In this document: piece after piece, positions 48,231-58,904 of the stretch
Layout: the number at the start of each line of letters is the position of its first letter
Position numbering within the stretch: the first letter of the stretch is position 1
From: Desulfosporosinus sp.
GTDB taxonomy: Bacteria; Bacillota; Desulfitobacteriia; Desulfitobacteriales; Desulfitobacteriaceae
Reading direction: 5' to 3'
Assembly: GCA_035648155.1 (NCBI GenBank)
Contig: DASRMA010000125.1
Location: 1,389-65,388 of the forward strand
Length of the DNA stretch: 64,000 nt
Translations under genes and position numbers: made by a program
The notes under the pieces: model-generated
What the model was told of the DNA's origin: nothing
The model's input: only the letters and a program-made list of their open reading frames with translations
The model's database searches: none

Positions 48231-49523
48231 ATGAATGAGATAGCACGAAACTTGAATTGCCAGATACTGCAAGAGAATTCCCACGTTTACGATTTATTAT
48301 CGGAACTCGGAAAGAATTTGTACTTCCCCAAGGGAATCCTAACTCAATCTGAAGAGGCTAAGCAAAAAGCTCATCGATTTAATGCTACCATTGGAATTGC
48401 AACGGAACATAATCAACCAATGTTCTTGCCATTAATCCAAGAAACGTTATCCAATTACGATCCTAAAGACCTTTTCCCTTATGCACCCCCTGCAGGAAAA
48501 CCTGCGCTAAGAGAGCTTTGGCGAGAGAAAATAATAATTCATAACCCTTCTTTAAAAGGTAAATTGTTTAGTAATCCCATTGTTACCAATGCGTTGACAC
48601 ATGGTCTAAGTATTGTTGCCGATCTATTTGTTGACGAAAACGATCCATTAATTTTACCAGACAAATTATGGGGTAATTATAACATTATCTTTGGAATACG
48701 CAGAGGATCAAAAACCATCACCTATTCTTTCTATACAGAAGAAAGTACCTTTAATACGGCAGGCATGAAGGCAGCATTACTGTCCAAGAAAGACCATGGC
48801 AAGGCAATTCTATTACTTAATTTCCCAAACAATCCAACGGGGTATACACCATCCAAGCAAGAGGCCTTAGAAATCGTTGAAGCACTCAAAGAAGTCGCCG
48901 AACAAGGAATGAACTTAACCGTTGTTATCGACGATGCCTATTTTGGGCTATTTTACGAAAACTCCATCAAAGAATCCCTATTTGCCTTGATCGCCAATAT
49001 TCATCCTAGAATATTAGCGATCAAAGTTGATGGCGCTACGAAGGAGGACTATGTATGGGGCTTACGTGTTGGGTTTATCACATACGCATGTGAGCATCAA
49101 GCGGTATTAGATGCTCTGGAACAGAAGACTTTAGGTATTATTCGGGGTACAATTTCTAGTGCTTCTCACCCAGCGCAAACTTTCGTTTTAAAGGCACTTC
49201 AATCTCCCGAGTTCCAAGCTCAGAAACAAGAAAAATTCGAAGTATTAAAGAAGCGAGCTTGTAAAGTCAAACAAATACTCGATCAGGGAAAATACCTTGA
49301 CGCCTGGGACTACTATCCGTTTAATTCAGGATACTTCATGTGTCTTAAACTCAAAGGAGTTCGGGCAGAAGCCTTGCGCAAGCACCTACTGGATCATTAT
49401 GGTGTAGGTATAATATCACTTTGTGAAAATGATGTACGCATTGCCTTCTCCTGCGTCGAGGAACAAGATCTCGAACAACTTTTTGATCTTGTATATCAAG
49501 GATTCAAAGATTTATCGAAATAA
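48231..49523 (+). CDS. Class I/II PLP-dependent aminotransferase
   Basis: NFPNNPTGY, DDAYFG, DGATKE..WGLRVG. Confidence 0.92.
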   Translation: MNEIARNLNCQILQENSHVYDLLSELGKNLYFPKGILTQSEEAKQKAHRFNATIGIATEHNQPMFLPLIQETLSNYDPKDLFPYAPPAGKPALRELWREKIIIHNPSLKGKLFSNPIVTNALTHGLSIVADLFVDENDPLILPDKLWGNYNIIFGIRRGSKTITYSFYTEESTFNTAGMKAALLSKKDHGKAILLLNFPNNPTGYTPSKQEALEIVEALKEVAEQGMNLTVVIDDAYFGLFYENSIKESLFALIANIHPRILAIKVDGATKEDYVWGLRVGFITYACEHQAVLDALEQKTLGIIRGTISSASHPAQTFVLKALQSPEFQAQKQEKFEVLKKRACKVKQILDQGKYLDAWDYYPFNSGYFMCLKLKGVRAEALRKHLLDHYGVGIISLCENDVRIAFSCVEEQDLEQLFDLVYQGFKDLSK

Positions 49524-49541
49524 GCGAACTCGCAGGGGGTC

Positions 49542-49581
49542 AATTCAGCTTCCACTCATATAAGTGGAAGCTGAATTTTTT
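49542..49581. terminator. Intrinsic terminator
   Basis: AATTCAGCTTCCACT..AGTGGAAGCTGAATTTTTT. Confidence 0.8.
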
Positions 49582-49620
49582 GGACCCGTTAAAGAACTTC
49601 GATCTATCGCAGTAAAATTC

Positions 49621-50469
49621 TCACTTCCAGTGTAATACCTGTCTCACCCAATCTTTGAAGCCAATCTTCTTGTGGGGCCGAGGAAGAGGAGGTGTCGGTT
49701 TTAGTCCACAAAGTAGGCAATATCCAAAGTAGCTTCGGTTTTTCTTCATAAAACTAGAATTTTTTTGAAGTCGCGTAATTAAACTTGGCAATTGAGTTGC
49801 CTTTTCCGCTAGTCCTTTTACCAGCATCCAATCCTTTTTGAGTTCTTTATAGATAAGATTACCATTAGCCTTCATTCGTTGCGGATTCTTGAGAACTACA
49901 TCCTCAAACCCAGCTAGTGTTAACGCATTAAGGTATTCTTCATAGGGCAATGGATTCGTGCCTGAACCGAAACACGACTCCATCTGCAACCTAATGTTAG
50001 CAGGCAATTCAGCTAGAAGAACCATTTCCAGATCAGCAACTCTACCCGCTGGCTTGAGGACTCGGTAAAACTCTTGGTATACTTTTACTTTGTCTAAAAA
50101 TACCGTAATAGATTCAGCCATCACAAAATCAAAGTGGTTATCTTCAAAAGGTAACTGGTAAACATCCGCTACCCTAAACTCCACTAGATGAGAAACTCCT
50201 TCTTTTTGCGCTCTCAAACCTGCTTTCTTCACCATTTCAGGACTAATATCGATGCCTAGTATTTTACAGCCTTTAGTTTTTGCCAAGTGACACGCGGTAA
50301 GACCGCTGCCACACCCGGCGTCAAGTACATATTGCTCGGGCTTTATTTGCATAGCGTTCAGATTCTGTTGGGTAGCAGGAAATCCTCCCGGATGAGAACT
50401 GCCTATACCCAGCCAAGCTAACAGTTCAAAATAGTTCATATCCTCCACACTCTTGCTTTGTGCAGACAC
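49621..50469 (-). CDS. Class I SAM-dependent methyltransferase
   Basis: HPGG, VLDAGCGSG, RVLKPAG. Confidence 0.9.
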   Translation of the reverse strand: MSAQSKSVEDMNYFELLAWLGIGSSHPGGFPATQQNLNAMQIKPEQYVLDAGCGSGLTACHLAKTKGCKILGIDISPEMVKKAGLRAQKEGVSHLVEFRVADVYQLPFEDNHFDFVMAESITVFLDKVKVYQEFYRVLKPAGRVADLEMVLLAELPANIRLQMESCFGSGTNPLPYEEYLNALTLAGFEDVVLKNPQRMKANGNLIYKELKKDWMLVKGLAEKATQLPSLITRLQKNSSFMKKNRSYFGYCLLCGLKPTPPLPRPHKKIGFKDWVRQVLHWK

Positions 50470-50642
50470 GGTGTATTACCTCCTTCCAGGGGTCTCTGGT
50501 ATTATATTCCACTGACCTGCTTGATGACATTCTAAAATGCTCTTAAAAATAAAGAAATAAAGAAACAAGGCCGGTTTAGTTCGGCCTTGTTTCTTTATTT
50601 TATAAATATTTGTGGGGGGGTCTGACTCCGAAGGCTTCTCTG

Positions 50643-51509
50643 CTAGGCAATTACATTTGTGCCCTGAATTTCAGCCATGAGAGGTTTTGCATTACTCTTT
50701 TTAGCTTGTGTTGACCTTAGACTCGCAATATTTATCAGTTGCTCCATTGTATTCCATGGATCATCATCACGTTCTTCATGTCGCTGTCCCCCAATTACTC
50801 CAGTAGAAACACTAATTTCTATTCCGCGGACAAAACTGTGTCGATCTATAATATCCGCCAAGTGGTATGCTAATGCTGCTCCTTCGTCCAAGTGCGCTGG
50901 CAATAATACGGCAAATTCATCTCCTCCAAAACGGCATAAGAAGGCCTCTGAAGGAATATTTTCTCTTAGTAGTTTGCTCACTTCGATTAAAATAATGTCC
51001 CCTACTGCATGACCGTATGTTTTATCAATGGCACCAAAATTGTCTAAATCAAAAAATATAACGCTGATTTCTTGTTTATTTTTCAAGAGTCGGACACCAT
51101 GATAGTATATGTAATCACTCTTATAAAGCCCAGTTAGCAAATCTATGTGAGACCCAAGTTGTATTTCAAGCAAGTTGCGGGATAAAATACCGGATAGCCG
51201 TCCTTCGTCCTGAACTAATACGACATCCAATCCAGTTTCTTCAAAAATTTCTTTGGCTTGCCAAAGTGGCATTTCTGCAGGAACGGTGACCAGTTCTCCT
51301 TGCATAGCATCAGCAATGATTCGATTGGGATGTGTTCTCAATAGATCCTTGTATGTTATTACTCCCACCAGATTACCCTCATCCATGACTGGACAACAGC
51401 CATTTTTTGTTTCCAATAAAAATGGCCTTATCTTGGAAACTCCATCCAAAACATCCACTGCGTAAAATTCTTTAGAATAGATATCTGCAACTCGCTTAAT
51501 GGTTATCAT
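50643..51509 (-). CDS. CBS-domain diguanylate cyclase
   Basis: Tandem CBS, DLLTGL, FDLDNF, RFGGDEF. Confidence 0.92.
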   Translation of the reverse strand: MITIKRVADIYSKEFYAVDVLDGVSKIRPFLLETKNGCCPVMDEGNLVGVITYKDLLRTHPNRIIADAMQGELVTVPAEMPLWQAKEIFEETGLDVVLVQDEGRLSGILSRNLLEIQLGSHIDLLTGLYKSDYIYYHGVRLLKNKQEISVIFFDLDNFGAIDKTYGHAVGDIILIEVSKLLRENIPSEAFLCRFGGDEFAVLLPAHLDEGAALAYHLADIIDRHSFVRGIEISVSTGVIGGQRHEERDDDPWNTMEQLINIASLRSTQAKKSNAKPLMAEIQGTNVIA

Positions 51510-51853
51510 AAATCGATAGATTTGCTGACGTGCACAGTTATATTGACATGTGCTTTGATAATCGAGCTTGCATCAACAATCTTTTCCCCCTCTTCTAAAA
51601 TAAACGCACTTAATTTCTCTTCAGGGATCATGTTCATAAGAGCATTGCGTACCACGATGGCCTCAATGACGGGATGATCAACCTTAATAATTTTGTATTG
51701 ATCTGGACTGAGGACATCAACCATCCTTTTTAATGCCTCTGGACCTATTGGTGCATTACGGCCCACAATTACAACATCTTGCAATGGTGGTATTTCAAAT
51801 TCAGTCAAATGCATTTGGATTTCTGCTTTTTTAGCTTCTTTCATAACGTTCAC
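51506..51853 (-). CDS. Hypothetical protein coupled to the GGDEF gene
   Basis: GTG start after GGAGG; ATGA overlap. Confidence 0.75.
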   Translation of the reverse strand: MNVMKEAKKAEIQMHLTEFEIPPLQDVVIVGRNAPIGPEALKRMVDVLSPDQYKIIKVDHPVIEAIVVRNALMNMIPEEKLSAFILEEGEKIVDASSIIKAHVNITVHVSKSIDL

Positions 51854-51991
51854 GAGTAGACCTCCGTTTTCTTTTTGATTGTCAACACTAGTTTGTCCAA
51901 AATAGTCCCTCGTATATTCTTCACTCCTTGTAAGATAGAGGTAGGGTTGATGGTTCAACCCTACTCGAACGTTCTTTGATAACTTACACCT

Positions 51992-52440
51992 TTCTACTTC
52001 TTGAAGTCAAACGACCTCAGAGGTTTTGTCCTTAACCCTCTGTGTGTCCATTCTACCAAGAATTTCGCCTTAAGAAAAGTAAAAAATGATAATTAAGATT
52101 CGGAAGCCATCGCTAGGTTTGCTAAATACCAAGATGTTAAGGTTCCCATGATGTCTCAACCGCAAATCCTTGTTCTTCGTATGATGACTCGTGAGTATTA
52201 CGCCGTTTCAGATATGCTTACTGTGATAAAGAACAGGCTTTGTACCGATCTCTACTTACTTTTTTCTGGATTGCTTTACCTGTTCTCTGGGCCCTTTGGA
52301 AAAACGGCTTTGACGATTCTGAAGAACTATCCCTCACCTAGGGCTATTCGTGAAGCTAACACAGACACCCCCTCACTCTATTAATCTCTAAAACCAGTCG
52401 AAAGAGCTCTGAGTGGGCTCTAGGAAGGTGGCTCTTGTGG
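51992..52440 (+). pseudogene. IS110-family transposase fragment
   Basis: FVLNPL..RKVKNDN*DSEAIARF with in-frame stop; ..LKNYPSP; limits approximate. Confidence 0.75.
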
Positions 52441-52631
52441 CTGTCCATACACAAAATTCTCCAATACAATTAATTTTCTAGTGCAGGAAAATCGTCTTCC
52501 ACTGTCGAACATTAACTAATCATCAACTCATCAGATGACTATACATAATCTAATATCTCCTTATTGTTCACCAATTCATTAAACTATGAAACGAGGGCAA
52601 GGATGCCAATTCCTAGGGAGGAGTCACAAGG

Positions 52632-53381
52632 ATGCAGAGTGTAAGAAAGGTTCGTAAATCAACAGCAGTTCTCGACGCACTGGAAATAATGCGAGATTAT
52701 ATCTCGTCCATAGTGAAAGATGGCAATTTTCACTTACCTTCCGAAGAAGACTTCGCAACTCAGCTTGGAATTAGTCGGCTTACTGTCAGAGAGGCTTTGA
52801 CAGTTTTAGAGCGTGAAGGGCTTATTGCACGATTTCAGGGCAGAGGAACAATTATTAATCAATTTGCCGCACGTCAGGTAACACGCATTGATTTTGCACG
52901 GGAAATTAGCAAGTTCATTGCTGAAGCAGGCTATGCATCGTCAGTTGATCAAGTCACTCAAACCTGGCGCCTATCCACGAAGGATGAGAGTTCGAAATTA
53001 TGCCTTCATGAAAATGAAGAACTATTAGTCGTTGAAAAACGCTTTTTAGCTGATGGAAATCCAGCGGCTTTTTGTATTGATCGAATTCCGCGCAAGCTTT
53101 TCAGAAAGGGTAATTTCGCCGAGAAAGAGCTATATCAAGCCATTTTCCCTTTTGTAGAAGAGCACTGTCAATGTCGTCTTACCCATGATGTTATTGAACT
53201 CGTTCCGTGCATCGTCGATGAAAAACTTTCACAACTTTTTAACCTCAAATTAGGAACCCCGTTGCTTCGAATCGATACGGTAGAATATTCTTTAGAAGGT
53301 CACCCCATCATGTATAACACTGAATTTTATGTTGATCAATTTTGTCGTTTCACCCTTTGTCGTAGTGTTGCCTATCTTTAA
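52632..53381 (+). CDS. GntR/HutC (UTRA) transcriptional regulator
   Basis: LPSEEDFATQLGISRLTVREAL..GRGT plus UTRA-like C-terminus. Confidence 0.92.
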   Translation: MQSVRKVRKSTAVLDALEIMRDYISSIVKDGNFHLPSEEDFATQLGISRLTVREALTVLEREGLIARFQGRGTIINQFAARQVTRIDFAREISKFIAEAGYASSVDQVTQTWRLSTKDESSKLCLHENEELLVVEKRFLADGNPAAFCIDRIPRKLFRKGNFAEKELYQAIFPFVEEHCQCRLTHDVIELVPCIVDEKLSQLFNLKLGTPLLRIDTVEYSLEGHPIMYNTEFYVDQFCRFTLCRSVAYL

Positions 53382-53479
53382 TAACCTTTGCTCATTAAGG
53401 GAGGTGTAGCCAAGAGCAGATTGTTTCCACGTCAATATTTATACTTAATGAGATGACCAAATATAGAGGAGGAACTCAA

Positions 53480-54523
53480 GTGAAAAAAACCAAAAAGTTT
53501 TTAGGATTATTACTTATTGTCTTTGTGATCTTTACCCTAACGGCTTGCGGTACTCAGCCTTCAACCACCAAGCAAGCCCAACCTGATGGTTCAGAAAATT
53601 CTAAAGTTAAAATCGGACTCCTTACCGGTGTCGGTGGGCTAGGAGATAAGTCTTTTAATGATCTTGCTGATATAGGAGCTAAAAAAGCAGAGAGCGATCT
53701 GGGTGTACAACTAAAAGTAGTTGAACCACCGGATCTTGCCTCCGAAGAAGGCTTAATACGTGATCTTGCTAAAGCAGACAATGATCTAGTCATTGTTGTT
53801 GGCTTTGATATGGCTGAGCCTTTGCAAAAGGTTGCTTCCGAATTCCCCAACACTAAATTTGCAATTGTTGACGCAGTGGTGGACAGTAGTAACATCTCTT
53901 CTCTCGTCTTCAATGAGCATGAGGGTTCATTCCTTGTAGGGGCTCTTGCAGGTATGATGACGAAGACTAATAAGGTTGCTGCTATTCCGGCTATGGATAT
54001 TCCTTTTCTAAATCGGTTCACAGTAGCGTACGCTCAAGGAGCAAAGTACGTCAATCCGAAAGTTAACGTTGTAGTTCAACCCATTGGTTCCGACTTTAGC
54101 AGCTTTAATGACCCTGCCAAGGCCAAGAGTATTGCGCTGGCTATGTATAACCAAGGTGTTGATGTTATCTATCATGCTGCTGGTGGATCAGGTTCAGGGC
54201 TTTTTGAAGCTGCCAAAGAAACAAAAAAATACGCAATCGGCTGTAATTCAGATCAGGATTATATGGCTGAGGGTCTAGTCCTTACCTCCATGATGAAACG
54301 AGTTGATGTCGCTGTTTACGACTCAATCAAAGGAACCGTCGACAAAAACTTCAAAACAGGGACGAATACCTATGGTGTAGCAAACGACGGTATTGGTATC
54401 ACTGAAATGAAATATACTAAAGACCTTATTGGCGCCGACAATATCAAAAAACTTAATGATATCAAAAAAGGAATCATTAACGGAAGCATTAAAGTTACTG
54501 ATGTAACAGCAAAAGCAAAATAA
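53480..54523 (+). CDS. BMP family nucleoside-binding lipoprotein
   Basis: LTAC lipobox, GDKSFND, TSMMKRVD. Confidence 0.92.
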   Translation: MKKTKKFLGLLLIVFVIFTLTACGTQPSTTKQAQPDGSENSKVKIGLLTGVGGLGDKSFNDLADIGAKKAESDLGVQLKVVEPPDLASEEGLIRDLAKADNDLVIVVGFDMAEPLQKVASEFPNTKFAIVDAVVDSSNISSLVFNEHEGSFLVGALAGMMTKTNKVAAIPAMDIPFLNRFTVAYAQGAKYVNPKVNVVVQPIGSDFSSFNDPAKAKSIALAMYNQGVDVIYHAAGGSGSGLFEAAKETKKYAIGCNSDQDYMAEGLVLTSMMKRVDVAVYDSIKGTVDKNFKTGTNTYGVANDGIGITEMKYTKDLIGADNIKKLNDIKKGIINGSIKVTDVTAKAK

Positions 54524-54544
54524 ACTTTGGGCTGGTGATGAGCC

Positions 54545-56080
54545 GTGGCACTCGAAGAAGCTCTTGTTATCAAGGGATTGAAAAAATACTTCGGACACGT
54601 AAAAGCAAATGATGGGATTGATCTGGTCGTTCCTATTGGAACGATTCATGCCATTGTAGGGGAAAACGGAGCAGGAAAAAGCACCTTAATGAAGAGTCTG
54701 TTTGGCCTTCTCCAGCCTGACTCAGGAGAAATCTACCTATGGGGGGAGAAAGTTCGATTCTCCTCCCCACTTCAAGCACTGGATCGAGGTATAGGTATGG
54801 TGCATCAGCATTTTATGTTGGTGGAGGCTTTAAGTGTTTTAGAAAATATTATCTTGGGTGCAGAACCTGGAAAAGGAATATTGCTCAATTATAATGACAG
54901 CCGGAAAACTGTCGAAGAGATCTGCCAAAAATATGGCTTAGTCTTAGATTTAGACGCCCTAGTCGAAAATCTACCCGTCGGGATTCAGCAACGGATCGAA
55001 ATTGTTAAAATGCTTTATCGTGGAGCACGATTAATTATTCTTGATGAACCATCAGCTGTGTTGACTCCCCATGAGATTGTGCGGCTATTTGAGATTCTAC
55101 GGGAATTTAAAAAAGACGGATGTACCGTTATCTTTATTACTCATAAATTAAATGAGGTCATGGCTCTAGCTGATGATGTTACGGTCATCCGTGACGGACG
55201 AACGGTTGGTCATTGGCCCATCTCGGAGGTCAACGAAAAAATTCTTGCGCGCCAAATGGTAGGTCGCGACGTTGTTCTCGATCTGGTTAAGGACGAAGCC
55301 CAACCAACAGAACTTGTTTTACAGGTTCAAGACCTTCAGACTGAGCAAGTCAATGGAGACCAAAAAGCAGTGGGGTTATCCTTTGACATTCGGGCAGGAG
55401 AAATCCTTGGAATTATTGGTGTTGCCGGAAATGGCCAGGATGCCCTTATCGAAGGCATATTAGGCTTACGCAAAGTGGAAAAAGGAAAAATCCTTTATCT
55501 TGGTGAAAACATCAAAGGTGTTGATACCTCCCATCTCCGTCAAAAGGGAATGAGTTGTATATCCTCGGATCGCCTCAAAACTGGGCTCGTTGGAGAGTTT
55601 AGTGTACGCGAAAATGCGATATTAGGCTATCAAGCAGGCAAAGAGTTTGTTTCTAGTATGCTTTTTCAGAAGAAGCGTATAGATCAATATGCAAATCAAT
55701 TGATTCAGAAATTCCAGATTAAGACCCCTTCGTTAGAAGCTCGGATTACCACATTGTCAGGGGGAAACCAACAGAAGCTAATCATCGGTCGCGAACTTCA
55801 TGCCAACCCAAAACTAATTATTGCTGTCCAACCGACACGGGGGGTGGATATCGGGGCAATAGAATTTATATATCAAGTTCTCCTCGAATGTCGTCGTCAA
55901 AACACGGCAATTCTTCTCATCTCCAACGAATTGGAGGAAGTTCTCTCTCTGTCGGACAGAGTTTCGGTACTTTATCAAGGGCGATTTATGGGAAGCGGTG
56001 CACCAAATCTCCTTTCTAAAGATGACATTGGCTTGATGATGGCAGGAATTCATCCTGAAAAGGAAGGAGAACCAGCATGA
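54545..56080 (+). CDS. Nucleoside ABC transporter ATP-binding protein
   Basis: GENGAGKST, HQHFML, LSGGNQQK. Confidence 0.93.
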   Translation: MALEEALVIKGLKKYFGHVKANDGIDLVVPIGTIHAIVGENGAGKSTLMKSLFGLLQPDSGEIYLWGEKVRFSSPLQALDRGIGMVHQHFMLVEALSVLENIILGAEPGKGILLNYNDSRKTVEEICQKYGLVLDLDALVENLPVGIQQRIEIVKMLYRGARLIILDEPSAVLTPHEIVRLFEILREFKKDGCTVIFITHKLNEVMALADDVTVIRDGRTVGHWPISEVNEKILARQMVGRDVVLDLVKDEAQPTELVLQVQDLQTEQVNGDQKAVGLSFDIRAGEILGIIGVAGNGQDALIEGILGLRKVEKGKILYLGENIKGVDTSHLRQKGMSCISSDRLKTGLVGEFSVRENAILGYQAGKEFVSSMLFQKKRIDQYANQLIQKFQIKTPSLEARITTLSGGNQQKLIIGRELHANPKLIIAVQPTRGVDIGAIEFIYQVLLECRRQNTAILLISNELEEVLSLSDRVSVLYQGRFMGSGAPNLLSKDDIGLMMAGIHPEKEGEPA

Positions 56081-57129
56081 ATATAAGTCGTTTAAAGTTT
56101 TTTCTTTGGCAGGTCCTCCCTTCCATCCTCGCGGTACTCTGTGCCTTGTTAATTGGGGCGGTGATTATTTTAGCAATTGGTGAAAATCCTCTGCAAGCCT
56201 ATGCAGCAATGTTCCAAGGGGCTTTTGGTGACCCATCTTCATGGGCGGAGACCCTCCAACGTGCCACTCCTTATATTTTTGGCGGTTTAGCTTTTTTGAT
56301 AGCCGCTCGTGCAGGCCTGTTTAACATTGGTATTGAAGGTCAAATGTATGTTGGGGCTATTGCAGCGGCTATTGTAGGTTTTAGTCTTCATCATATCCCT
56401 AGCTTTCTCCATGTTACCCTTGCACTCATTGCGGCAGCATTTGCTGGCTATGTTTGGTCTATTGTCCCGGCCTTGCTAAAGGTCAAGTCTGGAGTGCATG
56501 AAGTAATTTCTACCATCATGTTAAATTACGTAGCATATGCTTTGACGGCTTATCTTACCGTACGCGTTTTCCATGAACCTGGCGCCGTCGCTCAAACGTA
56601 TAAAGTTGATTCCAGCGCCATTCTCCCGGCACTAATGTCTCCCAATAAGCTTAATGCTGGTTTTCTCCTCGCCCTTCTATTAGCCATTGCTATTTATGTT
56701 TTTCTTTTCCATACCCCATGGGGTTACAATCTGCGTGTAACGGGTATCAATCCTAGTGCTGGCCTCTATGCGGGCATTAAAAGCACACGTGTTGTTGTAT
56801 GGGCCATGCTGATGAGTGGAGCGATCGGTGGATTGATGGGGGCAGAGCGTACTTTAGGGATTTATGGGCGCTTTATCAACTCATTTTCTCCAGGTTATGG
56901 ATTTACGGCCATTGCTGTCGCTCTTCTGGGCCAAAATCACCCTTTAGGTATCATTCCAGCTGCCATACTCTTTGGCGCATTAGAGAATGGCGCTTCTGCC
57001 ATGTCGTTTCAGGTCAATGTTCCTCGCGAACTAGGTCTGATTTTGGAGGCCTTAATTATCGTCTTCATTGCAGCTGAACACTTCTTCCGTGTACATTTAC
57101 GCTCTATGATCAAGGGGGACAAAGAATGA
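56077..57129 (+). CDS. Nucleoside ABC transporter permease
   Basis: GLFNIGIEGQ, EVISTIMLNY. Confidence 0.92.
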   Translation: MNISRLKFFLWQVLPSILAVLCALLIGAVIILAIGENPLQAYAAMFQGAFGDPSSWAETLQRATPYIFGGLAFLIAARAGLFNIGIEGQMYVGAIAAAIVGFSLHHIPSFLHVTLALIAAAFAGYVWSIVPALLKVKSGVHEVISTIMLNYVAYALTAYLTVRVFHEPGAVAQTYKVDSSAILPALMSPNKLNAGFLLALLLAIAIYVFLFHTPWGYNLRVTGINPSAGLYAGIKSTRVVVWAMLMSGAIGGLMGAERTLGIYGRFINSFSPGYGFTAIAVALLGQNHPLGIIPAAILFGALENGASAMSFQVNVPRELGLILEALIIVFIAAEHFFRVHLRSMIKGDKE

Positions 57130-58049
57130 TGGTTACTTTTCTTTCTGTTAGCATCATTCAGGCAACTATATCAATTGCAACTCCTTTGTTTATGGGCGCC
57201 CTTGGGGGCGTGTTTAATGAACGTGTTGGAATTGTCAATGTTGGACTCGATGGAATCATGCTGTCTGGAGCTTTTACAGCGGCGATTACTTCGTACTACA
57301 CTCAATCAGCCTGGATGGGTGTTTTAGCTGCTCTTATCGTTGGCGGTTTGCTAGGACTCTTACATGCAGCCATCTGCGTAGGCTTTAAGGCAGACCACGT
57401 TGTCAGTGGTGTCGCCATTAATATTCTTGCTTCCAGTGTAACTGTCTTCTTGTTACAACTTCTCTTTCACAATAAAGGACAATCTCCATTTGCACCCAAA
57501 ATAGGACAACTATCCAATGCTGGTTCGATACCTATTCTTGGACCGATACTTAACAATATGAGCTATCTCACGATCGTCGGATTAGCACTTATCGTTATCA
57601 GTCACTTCTTTCTTTACCACACCAAAATGGGACTTCGTTTACGCTCTGTTGGAGAAAATCCTTATGCTGCCCAATCTCTGGGTATACCGGTGCGAAAGTA
57701 TATGTATCTCAGCGTCATCGCAGGCTGTGCACTAGCAGGTTTGGCTGGATCTTTTCTCTCTATCGGTATGCTGAATATTTTTACTAAAAATATGACAGCT
57801 GGTCGTGGTTACATTGCTCTAGCCGCCATGATTTTAGGGCGTTGGACACCTTTTGGAGCACTCGGGGCCTCTTTGTTCTTCGGCTATGTTCTTGCCTGGC
57901 AAATGAATGCACAAGGTCTTACGATACCAGCGCAACTAGTAGAAATTATCCCCTATATTACAATTCTACTGGTTCTCGCCTTTGTCTCCAAGCGGGTGCG
58001 TGGGCCTGCTCATGATGGAAAAATATTTGCTCCCAGCGAGCACCAATAA
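57126..58049 (+). CDS. Nucleoside ABC transporter permease
   Basis: ERVGIVNVGLDG, GRGYIALAA. Confidence 0.92.
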   Translation: MMVTFLSVSIIQATISIATPLFMGALGGVFNERVGIVNVGLDGIMLSGAFTAAITSYYTQSAWMGVLAALIVGGLLGLLHAAICVGFKADHVVSGVAINILASSVTVFLLQLLFHNKGQSPFAPKIGQLSNAGSIPILGPILNNMSYLTIVGLALIVISHFFLYHTKMGLRLRSVGENPYAAQSLGIPVRKYMYLSVIAGCALAGLAGSFLSIGMLNIFTKNMTAGRGYIALAAMILGRWTPFGALGASLFFGYVLAWQMNAQGLTIPAQLVEIIPYITILLVLAFVSKRVRGPAHDGKIFAPSEHQ

Positions 58050-58063
58050 TGGAGGAATAAACA

Positions 58064-58840
58064 ATGACGATTCTTAACAAAGCAGATGAGACACTAGGAA
58101 AAACTCAATATCACGTTCGGGTTAAACCCGGAGATGTGGCTAAATACGTCCTTCTGCCTGGTGATCCAGCCCGTGCCGATCGAGTAGCCAAATACCTAGA
58201 AGATCCTATTCTAATCGCCAATAATCGAGAATATCGAACTTTCACGGGTACCTATAAAGGGGTTGGAGTGAGTGTTACTTCCACAGGAATCGGTTGTCCT
58301 TCCGCTTCAATTGCGGTGGAAGAGTTGGCTAATGTAGGCGCAGAGGTTTTCATTCGCATCGGCAGTTCCGCGGGGTTACAACCAAACATCCGCATTGGAG
58401 ATCTCTTAGTTTCTTCTGGTTCGATGAAAAATGAAGGAACCTCACGTTACTATGTGCCAGATTGCTTCCCAGCTGTTCCAGATCTTGAATTAACCCATAC
58501 TATTATCCAAACTGCCCGTAGTATGAAAAGTGATCTTGATTTTGCTCTTCATGTTGGAATTTCCGCCTCTGATGATGCCTTCTATGGGGAGACCCAGGAA
58601 TGGATTGAAAAACTAGCTAAATTAGGCGTCATGAATGTTGAGATGGAAAGTTCCGCAATTTTCACTGTAGCTCATGTTCGCAAACTAAAAGCTGCCTGCA
58701 TCTGCGCTGTTTCTGGTAATCTCGTGACAGGAGAAGTCGTTTATGAAAACGAAAACACTCGTCTTGTGGAAGGCTGGGACAAAGAAATTAAAGTAGTTTT
58801 AGAAAGTATATATCGCTATGCGACGGAACAAGCTAAATAA
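58064..58840 (+). CDS. Nucleoside phosphorylase (Udp-type)
   Basis: LPGDPAR, STGIGCPS, IRIGS, VEME. Confidence 0.9.
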   Translation: MTILNKADETLGKTQYHVRVKPGDVAKYVLLPGDPARADRVAKYLEDPILIANNREYRTFTGTYKGVGVSVTSTGIGCPSASIAVEELANVGAEVFIRIGSSAGLQPNIRIGDLLVSSGSMKNEGTSRYYVPDCFPAVPDLELTHTIIQTARSMKSDLDFALHVGISASDDAFYGETQEWIEKLAKLGVMNVEMESSAIFTVAHVRKLKAACICAVSGNLVTGEVVYENENTRLVEGWDKEIKVVLESIYRYATEQAK

Positions 58841-58904
58841 TGACGTCTTATGCAATCTAGTTTATTCTTAAGTTTAATGAATTTTAGCAAAAGAAGGAAT
58901 TATA

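Noticed and set aside
52148..52384. Intact 78-aa gene
   Set aside because: Internal piece of an IS110 transposase pseudogene
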